A DNA stretch of 64,000 nt. Source: Azolla caroliniana (lineage: Eukaryota; Plantae; Polypodiophyta). The notes under the pieces were generated by a model. It searched no databases. It had not been told where the DNA came from and saw only the letters and a program-made list of their open reading frames with translations. A program made the position numbers and the translations under genes. Shown one piece after another: positions 15,201 through 26,354 of the stretch; position 1 is the first letter of the stretch, and each line of letters begins with the position of its first letter. The DNA lies in the NCBI GenBank assembly GCA_043228905.1, contig JBHGNT010000005.1, positions 14,694,001 to 14,758,000 of the forward strand, given 5' to 3'.

Positions 15201-18200
15201 ATTCCGCTCAGCAACACCATTTTGTTGTGGTGTGTATGGGCAAGAGAATTCCCGGCGAATCCCCTTCTCTTCTAAAAAGGCCTTGAACTCGGTTGAGAAG
15301 TATTCTTGGCCACCATCAGACCGTAAGCATCGAATCTTGCGATTCATCTCATTTTCCACACAATTCTTTAACTTGACAAAGTGGGAGAAGACTCACTTTT
15401 CGACTTCATCGGGCATATCCAGGTATGCCGCGAATAGTCGTCAATGAAGGTAACGAAGTACCTACACCCACCGATTGTCGTTGTTTGAGTTGGGCCCCAT
15501 ACATCTGAGTGGATGACGTCCAGCAAGCCTTTACTCACATTTCTTTCGCTTAGGAATGGATGCCTATGTTGCTTGCCTAGTTGGCACACCTCACATACAT
15601 TATCAGGATGTTTCGAAGTAAATTGTGGCAATCCGTGCACAGCCCCTTTTGTTTGCATTGATCGGAGTTTACCGAGGTTTACATGGCCAACCCTTTTGTG
15701 CCACAACTCAATATCAGACTCCGCCTTGAGTCCCTTTGCATACATTGTTGTGTTCACCTCCGTCGCATCAAGAATAAACATGCGACCTTCTCTTCTTGCA
15801 TGAGCGATAAGTTGGCCTTTATCCTCGATGAAGCAACCTTCTTGGTTGAATCGCACTTGCATTCCTTGTTCAACAATTTGGCCAACCGAGACCAAATTCT
15901 TTGTGATTGTCGGGACATGCAATACATCCTCCATGTAGCCCTTGTTGTCGTGATTGTTAAGGGCCACATCTCCAATGTGCTCAATCATGTGTGTGGAGTC
16001 ATTACCGGTCTCCACCACGCCAGGTCTCTCAGGTTCCCTCAAATTCATGAACCATTCTTGATGACTTGTCATGTGATTTGAGGCACCTGGGTCCATGAAC
16101 CATACATCATCAGGTTGGGAAACACTTGTTATCATGTTATTCGCCCGGTGTCGCATAACAAACATTGGCACTTTATTTTCTAGGTCAGCCATCACAGCAT
16201 AGTTTGTTTGCTGCCGGGGTGAGGCAGCTGAGTCATTCTTCTTCTTCCGACACTCTGCTTCAAAGTGGCTAGGCTTTCCACAATACCAACACTCGGTTTG
16301 CTGGTTCTGCCTGGTTTATGCAGGCTGGTGGAAGCTCCCCTTTCTACCGGAATTCTCCTCAACCATTAGCATGGATTGCAAGTCGAAAAAGCTTGGGGGG
16401 TTCTCCCTTGTTATGGCAGTTCAAAATGAGCCATATTTTTGTGCAAGGCCGCCAAGACAGATATGCACCATCTCGTCATCATCAACTGCGACATTGATGG
16501 AGCCAAGTGAATCGCATAAGTCTTTGATCCGGACGGTATAGTCCATCACAGACATATCCCCTTGCCGAATATTGTTCAACTCCTGCCGGAGTTGAAGTTT
16601 TCTCGTTGTGGTTGAAGCCGCAAAAATCTTCTTCAAGTTTTTCCACGCTTCTGTTGGGGCTTTCGCATCTAGAATATAGCTTAACATGTGATCTTGCACA
16701 CATGTTGCCAAACAATACATTACCCTATTGGCGCCTTGCTGCCATGTGGGGTAGTTGGGACTTGTAATATCGGGGGCTGTTTCCTGAGCTCCCTCGATAT
16801 AAATCCAATACCCTTGCCCAACTAAGTACTGTTGCATCTTATATTCCCAAGATGCGTAGTTGTGCCTGTCCAACTTCTCTGTTGGAAGTGCACTACCCAT
16901 CTGTGCATTCATTTTTCTGATTTAGCTTGACTCGTATGATCCTATTAAGGTGAGCCTCTTGCTGTGCAAAACTGCAGCGACGATAGCAGGTTTTAAAACA
17001 GCATCTAGCTGCTCACACAGTTTCAATGGTAGAGCTCAGTGAAGGATCTCTAACCCTCACGCTCTGATACCATGTAAAGAATCTAACTCTAGTAGAGTTT
17101 AGTATTCAGAAGCGTAGTGTGTGTGTGTGTGTGTGTGAGAGAGAGTGAATGTATAAGCAAGAGAAGGAATTACAGAGAATAACCAAACAAATAAGAAAAC
17201 ACACAGTAGGGGGATGACAGCTTATGCACTTAGAGAGCTATATTAATTATCTAAAGATCATCAACTAAACTGAATGGCCAAAGGGGGTTTTATATACAAG
17301 TCCTCAAGGGACTGCCCTATTAAATGTGTTGGTGGAATCTAACCAAGATATCCACTTGAGGACAATTTTGTCATAAGAATATCTAATATTCTTTGACCAT
17401 ACTAACACTCGACAACTACACAAATTACAATAAAGTGTGCTCTCACACACTCGACAACTACACGGATTATAATAAAGTGTGCTCACACACTTTTTCATAC
17501 ATCGTTATTTTGTTCACACAAGTTGAGCTTGATTCTCAACACCTAGGAATAACATTTACAGAGCCTAGATGGTTATTTATACTCTTGTCCCTCCCTCCCT
17601 CCCTCCCTCCATCTCTATCTCTCTCTCAAGTTTGTAACTAATTTCTAACTTTCAAGTTTTTCTCTAACCTAACTAGTAAACCACATAAACGGCTTAACCG
17701 GTTTGAGACGGTTTGGCAAGGCTCAAGCCAAGCCGAACCAAGCTCAAACCGTTTAGTCAAGCTTAAGCCTAAGCCTAGCCAAGCCGCTAAGCCGTTTTAA
17801 ACCGGTTTAGCCAAACGGTTTAGGCTTGACCCGAGCCATTGCCGATCCCTAGTAATATGTCCCCCATAGTAGCAAATCTTATGATATCATCATATAATGG
17901 GTTTAGGCTGTAGGGTTTTAGGAATTAAAATCCTCTAAAATCCTAGAGAGGTTTAAAATCCTCTAACTTTTCCTATAATAAAAATCCTTTAACAACTTGC
18001 CTGATTTACTCTTGTTTGCCACAACTTGGAAATGCGAAAGCCTCTTCGTTCAAAAAGCCTTTCACAAACAGCTTGCCCTGGCCGTCCTCCAATGTTAAAA
18101 ATCATCATACCTGATGGTTTGATAACTGAGATTCCTTCTTCTACTGCCTTTGCAATTAATCCCAAACCAAATTGATCTTCCACAAAACCCTAGCAACAAC

Positions 18201-20497
18201 ATATGGGAGTAAATGAGTGTAGTTTTAGTGTCTAGATATTGGAATGTAAATAGACGGATAATAGAAACAGACCATTCATGCACAAAACTACTGCTTTAAA
18301 GATGTTTAAAAGAGAACTAGTAGATGGATTCATGACCCAGAATCCAGATGCACATGAATTGCATTAACTGAGCGATAGGACTAAAATCTTCCAAAGGGCT
18401 AATACCTGAAGTGCACAGTAGTTGCTAAGAGAATACAAAAATTCTTCACTTGCATTCTCAGAAACAATCTTTTGCATTGCTTGAGGGTCTGGATTCAATA
18501 TCTGCAAGAAACATCTCATGTTCATACAGATATATATCTTGATGATTGAAAACTAGGTAAAACAAAGAAAATTGAAAATAATAATTATTTGATACAGATA
18601 TTGACCTGGGGAATGCATCCAACAACACGATCCAGTGACATCTCATGTGTTCTGCAATATTGAAGCAGATCTGATTCATGAAATTCTACTCTATCAAGCA
18701 AAGTTTTACCTTCATGATCATATACAGGAGAACCATCTTCATTTAAAGCATTTAAGTACAAGTTGATCCATGAGGCCTTGATTGCTCGAGGATTTATATC
18801 AAGCCCATATACCTGTGTTATACATAAGCTACCACCTAAGATTGGGTAAAAAGGAGCAAATAATTGATACTCAAACAGTTAATGTTTCCACCTTTCTTGG
18901 AGACCATTTCTCCGCAATAGCAATAGAAATCCAGCCATTTCCACATCCCAACTCTGCGAGATCTCGGTCCCTGAAAACACTGTCTGGTAACCTATTGATG
19001 CCCTCAAAGAAAGTAAAAGACCAATCTTCAGGAGTAAATATGCTAGGAAGCTCTAATAGAGTAAGAGTTTGCCTCTCTTCCCGAAATCCTGCAAAAGTAT
19101 GAAGACTAATATAAATCATATGAGATTTGGGAAGTAAAACATGAGATCAAGTACCTAAAAAGTGAACTTTTAGTGGATATAGAACATTGGTACTAATAGA
19201 TACGTATCCACTGGAAAAAAAAAATCTTATCTCCATCACAGAATATTGCTTGTGTTTTCAATGCATGATCACGAGTTCTCTCTCTCTCAGAATTGCAACT
19301 TTTTTAAATGATCAATACCAAACCATGAAATCATGGTGGAGTTCCAGAAAGATTTCTCCAAGGTTACCATCTTGCGTTCAATTTGAGAGAAACTGAGATG
19401 AATGCCTTGTTGCAAGGATAGGTATGTGAAATGAAGTTTGCATATCAACGAATGGGAAGTCATAGAGACTGCATTCTTGGTTTTTTTTGAGTTTTCTTGT
19501 AAACTTCCTATAAATTTCTGCATTCTCATATATTCCTATTACTTCATGCATGAAAAGAAAATTCTTCAAAGAATTAATTTATTCTTCTCTGAACAGTAGC
19601 TCATTAGGGAGGCATAAAACATCACGAATGTGTTTCTGAAAGGTGCTTCCTCACATATGCTTATATCCAATGCGAGAAGGGTTACAGCAGCTAATGATTG
19701 TCCATCCCAAAACAATTTCAAATAAAAATATGGAAGTTTTCTAACATCCTATTAATTTATCCTTTTTCTCATAATGCATGAAAAGGGTAACTAACTTTTT
19801 GCCCCAAAACATCTAATCACTCAAAACAATATCAGCCATTCCATCTAACATTGCAGAAAAATTATATAAACAAAATCATTTTCTTTTCTTCTCCTACCTT
19901 CACACCCAGTTACAGAAAGATCCTGATTCAGTAACGTCATAAGTTTATACGGCAAACACTTTATATAAATTCTCTGTAGTCATGTGCAACAAGGAAATCG
20001 AATAATTCCTAAAGAGAATGTTCTCAAACAGTGTTAAAAGGAGACCATGCGTCCACAAAACTTCAAAAGTTGTGGATTATTCAAAAATTGGAAATGTTTT
20101 TAAAAGAGAGCGGTGTCGTCTAGACATAGGCAGTGTTCCTGCATTTTCTGATACTCTCCTTTTACTTCATGCATGAAAAGGAAACTACTCAATGATTCTT
20201 TAGTTATTTACGGAACCTTAAAGTAAAGATAAATAGTTTTCCTTTCTTTCTGATTGTACCTTCATATCCGGTGAGAGAGAGGTTATGGATTCGAAAGTGG
20301 AATACAGAGAGACTGTTCTCAGAATAATCAGGATGGCTGTCGATGAACTTCTGAACAGAAGATAAGAAAACGCGAGCCTGAGCGCGAGAAGTAGGGTTTT
20401 GCAGGTTTTCTAGGACGGACTTAAGGGACTGATAGGCCTTATCGCTGGAGAGAGAACAGTCATTGAGGAAGGTTTGGACCTCCAGTTGATCTTCCAT
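289..20497 (-). CDS. MMT: Methionine S-methyltransferase (S-methylmethionine synthesis), 12 exons, about 1079 aa
   Basis: Exons deduced from splice sites: 20260-20497, 18892-19088, 18606-18812, 18406-18501, 18001-18189, 5594-5782, 5259-5495, 4117-4251, 3640-3969 (alternative acceptor at 3942 possible), 1906-2085, 891-1823, 289-597. Total 3240 nt, in frame. Motifs match plant MMT: [20 protein letters not shown]-binding [49 protein letters not shown], plus a C-terminal PLP-aminotransferase-like domain. Confidence 0.95.
891..1823 (-). CDS. MMT: MMT exon 11 (aminotransferase-like domain)
   Basis: Lies within ORF 867..1847; AG acceptor at 1824-1825, GT donor at 889-890; motifs [12 protein letters not shown] and [11 protein letters not shown]. 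Confidence 0.9.
2170..2451. repeat. Tandem duplication of about 142 bp at a LINE 3' end junction
   Basis: aagtctatggcattttggct...agattacatct occurs at about 2170-2311 and again at about 2312-2451. Confidence 0.8.
2250..3550 (-). mobile_element. Degenerate 5'-truncated LINE (3' part) in MMT intron 9
   Basis: The minus strand shows a decayed C-terminal motif ([11 protein letters not shown]-like). The 3' UTR (aagatgtaatctcttgttt...ggccatt.tggcctc) and (CTTT)n tail are shared with other copies. Confidence 0.7.
4810..5085 (-). mobile_element. Short LINE 3' end fragment, same family
   Basis: Same 3' UTR block (aaatggcc.ataag.acaaacaagagattacatct...gtgttg.ctc.tc.ttgagaacaac). Confidence 0.7.
6033..6562. 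mobile_element. hAT-type MITE / non-autonomous DNA transposon
   Basis: TIRs TAACAATCAGCAACGGTT ... AACAGTTGCCGATTGTTA; 8-bp TSD AACATATT/AGCATATT (7/8 match); many AACCG subterminal motifs; internal (aaaccgcggttg)x4. Confidence 0.75.
6655..7860 (-). mobile_element. Degenerate LINE 3' part, same family as 2250-3550
   Basis: Colinear similarity with 2250-3550 (tccaaaatggaga, gtgttctt..gattccactc, tttccacttt, cagcataccaacaat). Confidence 0.7.
7960..8070 (+). mobile_element. LINE 3' end, opposite orientation
   Basis: aagatgtaatctcttgtttggtcttataggccattttggcctcttaaaagacgttaa followed by a (CTTT)n tail. Confidence 0.65.
8443..10020 (-). mobile_element. Truncated, internally deleted Ty1/copia remnant (one LTR about 8443-8757 plus RT/RNase H fragments)
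   Basis: ORFs contain [21 protein letters not shown] and LLYVDDLVI. The LTR resembles those at 49304 and 60417. Confidence 0.8.
10090..10560 (+). mobile_element. LINE reverse transcriptase fragment
   Basis: [26 protein letters not shown] and [12 protein letters not shown], frameshifted. A second RT piece (TIGVKQGC) lies on the minus strand at about 8300-8410. Confidence 0.75.
11133..17541 (-). mobile_element. Full-length but degenerate Ty1/copia LTR retrotransposon (element A) in MMT intron 5
   Basis: LTRs 11133-11593 and 17073-17541 (TG...CA); TSD CCTAG on both sides; Met-i PBS TGGTATCAGAGC at 17061-17072; PPT at 11594-11606; gag-PR-IN-RT-RH fragments with frameshifts. Confidence 0.95.
12228..13660. 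repeat. Nested tandem duplications inside the RT/RNase H of element A (2 x about 381 bp, 3 x about 278 bp)
   Basis: The segment starting ctatactccacctcagtgc occurs at about 12228 and 12609. The segment starting gcttagcacaatccatgtg occurs at about 12828, 13106 and 13384. The ORF track shows the repeated peptides. Confidence 0.9.
17670..17852. mobile_element. hAT-like MITE remnant (one end)
   Basis: AACCG/AAGCC-rich, ending ...cattgccgatccctag (TAGGGATCGGCAATG TIR-like). A related AACCG-rich remnant lies at about 24660-24958. Confidence 0.5.
17995..18003 (-). other. Non-canonical GC 5' splice donor of MMT intron 5 (CAG/GCAAGT)
   Basis: Only this donor joins ...TRVNQ in phase to [13 protein letters not shown] (exon starting at 5782). 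The sequence is otherwise a perfect donor consensus. Confidence 0.85.
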
Positions 20498-20589
20498 TAC
20501 TCTGCTTGCGGAGAGAGAGAGAAGATGAAGAAGGCGACGACGAAGAAGAATGAAGAAGAAAATGGACCACCTTCTTCCGTCTTTCGTTT

Positions 20590-20613
20590 ACGAAACAATT
20601 TTGAATATATATA

Positions 20614-20649
<36 letters not shown>

Positions 20650-20746
20650 TGTATGTATGTACGTACGTACGTATGTATGTATGTATGTGTATGTACATGC
20701 TCGTGACTAACTAGTACCAAAAATTAACGAAACAATTTTGAATATA

Positions 20747-20782
<36 letters not shown>

Positions 20783-20909
20783 TGTATGTATGTATGTACG
20801 TACATATGTATGTATGTATGTATGTACGTACATATGTATGTATGTATGTGTATGTACATGCTCGTGACTAACTACTACCAAAAATTAACGAAATAATTTT
20901 GAATATATA

Positions 20910-20945
<36 letters not shown>

Positions 20946-21047
20946 CGTATGTATGTATGTATGTACGTACGTATGTATGTATGTATGTATGTATGTATGT
21001 ATGTATGTGTATGTACATGCTCGTGACTAACTACTACCAAAAATTAA
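20590..21047. repeat. Tandem triplication of a 140-160-bp unit containing (TA)n(TATG)n, immediately upstream of MMT
   Basis: acgaaa.aattttgaa(ta)n(tatg)n...tacatgctcgtgactaacta.taccaaaaatta at about 20590, 20727 and 20888. Confidence 0.9.
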
Positions 21048-24000
21048 AGAGGGCAAGTGAGGGAATCGCAGGCGCGGACGGTGCAGGTCGCTCAACTGAT
21101 GGCGCGTGCGATCTCCACTGTCCAATCTGGATAAAAAGCTGACAACATCTGTCACCAAGAGCCCGACTCTGACACAAGGAGCCCGACTCTGTCAAAAGGA
21201 GCCCCGTTGTCTGATAGCCTCTGTCACCAGGAGCCCGACTTTGTCAAAAGGAGCCTGACCAATTGTGGGTAGGAGCCCAACTCTCAAAAAACTATAGTAA
21301 TAAAGAATAATATAGCTATATAATAAAATGAAAATGAATAGGGTATTGGTTAGAGTTATCCCTAAGTTTTGCTAGGTTTATGGTTCAAATCCTTCTTCTT
21401 TTTAATTCTTTCTCTTTGGTTTTTTTTTCTTCTTCGATTACTTTCTTTATTAGGGTTTCAACATTTGGTTAGTAGTGGTATTGAAGGGTTCATTTACACT
21501 TCATTTACATTTAAGGGTCGTAATAGTGGTATTGAATTCTCGTCTTTACAAGTTATAACGTGATGAATTCTTGTCTTTTGCAATTGTAGATCTTTTACCC
21601 TATGATCCTTCTAATCTGCACCTTGCCCTTAACACTTTTGTTTAAGTAAAATTAGCTCTTATCATTTGGGCTATGTTGATTGTCACTTTAATATGCAACT
21701 CACTCATGTTCCAAGTTAAGTTAACTCTCGTAATTTGGGCTTTTTCTTGATTCTTTGACTTTATACCATGGAATACTCTACCTATGGATCATGAGCCAAA
21801 ACAAGAAGAAATGACACATTCACATTTTCAAACTCACTCATTCACTCTATTCACAATAGTATGCAACTCACTCATGTTCCATGTAAAGTTAGCTTTCATA
21901 ATTTGGGCATTTTCTTGGTTCTTTGACTTTCTACCATGGAATACTACTACCTATGGATCATCAATCAACTCAAGAAGAAATGACACAATAACACAATCAC
22001 ATTTTCAAACTTGTTGGAAGCATTGGACACCACTTGGAATTTCCAAGGTTAAATAGACATAGCAAACAACTACTAAAGAGTACAAAAAACAGTGGCACTT
22101 ATAACATTTCAATTCCACATGAAAGATTCCCTATTAGGGTGTAAAAATAAATTTCCATACATACATCCCTCTAGAGTACCAGTATCAATATAATACTACC
22201 CAATTTTGAATATATACAAGGTATGCATAGAAAACCTTGTGGATGGTGAATATCATTCTCACATGCTCATCGGATGCAATAAGTATGATGCCGTACTAGA
22301 GAAGCATGATACTCAAATCCCACCAAGAAGGATGAGCATATAAGCACATTAATTACCTTCACACAATTTTTAACTACAAAATAGCAAACCCCCTTCACAA
22401 GGGATCACATATATGATGACGTGTTTAATTGCTAAATGGAAAATAAGAATAGATTCTATTATACTCCATTCTCAACTACAATATCTCATGATAATAGGAC
22501 AAGTTTAGCATGTATTGAACTCATATATTAGTATTCTTGTAGGATTGTCTATAAGATTGAATTGTGACCCTTTTTGAGCATTGAACAAAAAATCCTTGGT
22601 TTAACACACCCAAGATCCATACATTAAATCAATGGGTATTCATATAAGAACATTGAGATATTACCATGATGGCCTTTTCAGTGCAGCTACATGTATAACA
22701 TAACAAAGTTGTGATTTATGTTCACTTCACAAAGAAATATAACAATGTGAGAAAAAATGAGCAAAAAGGTGTCATATAAAGATGCCCCAATATGTAGTTT
22801 TAGTTCATAGATACAAACTTGTGTAAAAAACATATACACAAAACATAATGATTTTTGAGGATTTCAAATAGAATTTTCAACATTAACCCTAATTTGAAAC
22901 TTGAAACTTAATGTCATTGGAGATCTAGTGACATTTTTTATCCATAGAGATTGATAACTTGTGAGACTATATTAACAATATGTATCATGGACTAAGTATA
23001 ATAAATTGATAATCAAATAGAAGGCTTAATCCGACATCTCAAACTCCTCAAGATCTTACTCAATTTAATGTTTAATAAAGGCAAATATATGAAGGCACAA
23101 GTTATTGGACTTTCCTATCAAAGAACACCAAACAGAGAACTATAAAACAGATCTGACTCCACATTGAGTCAGATACAACCAAAATGAGATTCAAATATTG
23201 ATTTTGATATTACAAAATCCATATAAATCATCATCAGTTTTGGTTATACAAAAGTAGATCATCACCCTCAGAGTATCATAAGTAAATCCATTGGCATAAG
23301 AGTGTATCATAAGTAAATCCATTGCATTACTCATGTTGTCAATTAATCATATCCTCTAAACAAAATCCATTGCATACAAAAACCGAAAAATCAAAACTTC
23401 ATCCTCTGAACAGAATCAAAACTCATCAGCATGTATACAAACAATTTCATATAAACAAGCTTTACATCCATGTTACAAATAAGAGGCAAGAAGAAAATAC
23501 ACAAGACGTATAGATGCCATATTACAAAATCAACCATTTACAACATGCCACGATCATTCAAGTTGCCTTGGTTACAATATGCAAAAAAGGTTGGCACCCT
23601 TGGTTCCAACGTACTAAAAAGATTTACAACATTGTTACAAAAATTTGATACAAAAAAGCTTGATAATACACTGATATCATATATTTTATGTTACGAAGTA
23701 TAACACTTCCTCCGGTTAATATATGGGAAAGCCCAAAATCCGGCGTGCCCATTTTGCCAACGTTTTCGAAGGAGCTCCACATCTTCGAATCCGAACCATT
23801 GCTCCTTACCCTACACCAATGCACACATTTGTTGCAGCTCTTACAATAACAAATGCCATTATTCAATACTTGGGCCATACTTACAAAATCTATTGAATCG
23901 GATCCAAATCACCCAATGTCTTCAAGCTGATCGTCTGTGGATTATTCAACGGGTCACAATAGACTATTGGGCTCCCCCTCAACATTTCTTCATATTGATG

Positions 24001-24625
24001 CTGAAATTATAACAATGCATTTATATGATACATTTGAAAAATGGAACAACTAAGTCTCTCATCATGTTAGAATATGGAACCATGTGATCAAATGTAAATG
24101 AAAAGAAACCCTAAACGATGTAAAACATAAAAGTAACCATGAAAATACATACCTATTATTGCCTTCATTTTGCAGATTGAATGTAGGTGGTTGGGAAGTG
24201 CTCGCTGGCGGAAAGTGGTGCTCCTCTCGGATTTTGGCGGAAAGTGTTGTGCATCTCTAATTTTGGTGGAAAGTGGTGCTCCTCTCTGATTCTTCCCTCT
24301 AAATACCCTAAAACTCTCTTTTCAAAATAGGTTCAAAATGAGTGATTCAGGGTTTTTATAATTAGTGGTCATTAATAATTAGCGGGGTTCCTTTTGACAA
24401 AGTCGGGCTCCTAGTTACAAAGGTTGTCAGACAATGGGGCTCCTAGTCGGGCTCTTGATTGGTAAGCGGGGCTCCTAGTCGGGCTCCCCAATAAGTGACG
24501 ATTTCTTCGTGCATTTTTTTTTCCCACATCAGACGGTGCAAATCACATGTGCCCTCGGCTGAGCGACCTGCACCGTTCCTCTCCGTGATTCCCTCACTTG
24601 CCCTCTTCAATTTTTTGTGGTATTT
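21030..24625. mobile_element. Non-autonomous TIR DNA transposon with long imperfect TIRs (superfamily uncertain: CACTA-like or Mutator-like)
   Basis: Left end aagagggcaagtgagggaatcgcaggcgcggacggtgcaggtcgctca is inverted at 24535-24620. Subterminal gagcccgact repeats occur at both ends. No intact transposase; a LINE remnant lies at about 22000-22450. Confidence 0.7.
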
Positions 24626-25233
24626 AGACACCACGCTACATAATGCATATAAAATTTAATAAGTTAGAGCCTAGAGGTTTTAAATTAAAAGTTGAAAGTT
24701 AGAGCCTAGAGATGAAAATTTAAGAATATTTTTTAACCTATAAACCTTTAAACCTTTAAACTTATAAACCTTTAAACTGAACCACATAAACCGAAACCGA
24801 TATACCATGAAATTCAAAACCAAACTGAACCGAAACCAAATTGGATCATAACATTTAAAACCAAACCAAACGGTTTATTTATATTTGAACCAATAAACCG
24901 TTAAGCCATAGTTTAACGGTTCGGTTCGGTTTGAGCCAAAACCGGGCCCATTGCTAATGGGAAGTTGAGTTCAATTCTCAACACGCCCCTTCGAACACAA
25001 CTTCCAGATGTCGAAAAGTTGGTTCGGTTCGATCCTCGAAAAACTTCAATTAGGCCGAATCGGCTTTCGGAAGGCGGAAGGTTAGTCGACATGGCTTTGA
25101 TTGTTCGGGTGCTTCGTGTTGTTCATGTGCTTCATGCTCCTTGTTCGACTCAATTATCATTGTACTTCGACTCTGCTGGTTTGCATCTATAATGTTCATT
25201 GGTTTAGACGTGCTTAGTTTGGGGCTATCATAC

Positions 25234-25598
25234 TGTAATATCTGAGTCGTCGGCTTTATTGGACTGACCTAATGTGTGTCATTGGGTACCCCACACATGA
25301 TTGGTCAAGTAGATGTCATTACATGGCCTAGGTCCTATAAATAGGGGATACTCTCCTTAGTCAGGGGGGAGCCCTGTGAGTGGTTTTGACGAAGCTCTCT
25401 TTGATGTGGACTAGTCATCTACCAAGGTCCTGGCGTGGAGATCATGGCTGGTATGGGACAGATCATGATTCCTCGTCTGTGTTGTCGACTTTGGCGCGGG
25501 GGCGGATGGGTGATAACGCGTATTTTCAGTATGATTGTGTCACTTATGTCTTTATTTTAGGATTAATGATCTTGGTTATTACATATGGTATCTGAGCG
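25234..25598 (+). mobile_element. LTR with Met-i PBS of a decayed LTR element
   Basis: TGTAAT...TTACA, TATA box (tataaatagggg at about 25336), then TGGTATCTGAGC at about 25586. A copia LTR-end/PPT fragment precedes it at about 24963-25200. Confidence 0.55.
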
Positions 25599-26354
25599 GT
25601 TTTAATCCTAAAAAAATAATGTTTGATTGGATTCGTGTTGTGTGATATAGTACGGGAAAATATGACTTTTTTTACGGATGAATCTATGTTAGACAATGGA
25701 TTGGGTGGGGGAGTGGCGAAAATGCCACAATTTGCGATGATGTATTGATGTGCGATGTATTGTATGCCGTTATGTATAATAAAAATATTGAGGGTTTGAC
25801 ATCAAGATTTGTGTGATGGGTTGGTTAGTATATTCATGTCATATCCTTGAGAAAGGCTTTGAGTTCAAACGACTGATGGACCAAAAAGCAAGGGGTTAAG
25901 TAAAAGAGTAAAAAAGAGTTCTATAAAATTATTGTAATTATTACTATTATATGTGTTTATATGTTTAGATATTCAATATATATTTATTAAAATAAAAGCA
26001 CCATAAATATTCTTTTATTTATTTTTCGTATACGCCTCTTGATCAAGATGGCCATGCCCATGAGGCGGCCTTACATGTGGAGATCGCATCTCAAGAGGTC
26101 GGCCACCTAATATACTATAGGTGATGCTTGATCATCTAATTTTCGATGAAATAATTGATGATGATCATATATATGGATAATGATCATTGGTAATCAATGT
26201 TATCAAAATTGGTCGATAGAATTAGGGTGATGATTGTTGAATGTCAATAATCAATTGATCATCGACCCTATGATTATATCAAAGGGTCACAATCATCCAT
26301 CACTACAAGTGCGTTTGAATTATATGGATGATTATATAGTTGATTATAAGGATG

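Noticed and set aside
20460-21142. ORFs rich in YVCM/YIHT, here and at 36372-37454
   Set aside because: They are translations of (TATG)n and (AG)n microsatellites.
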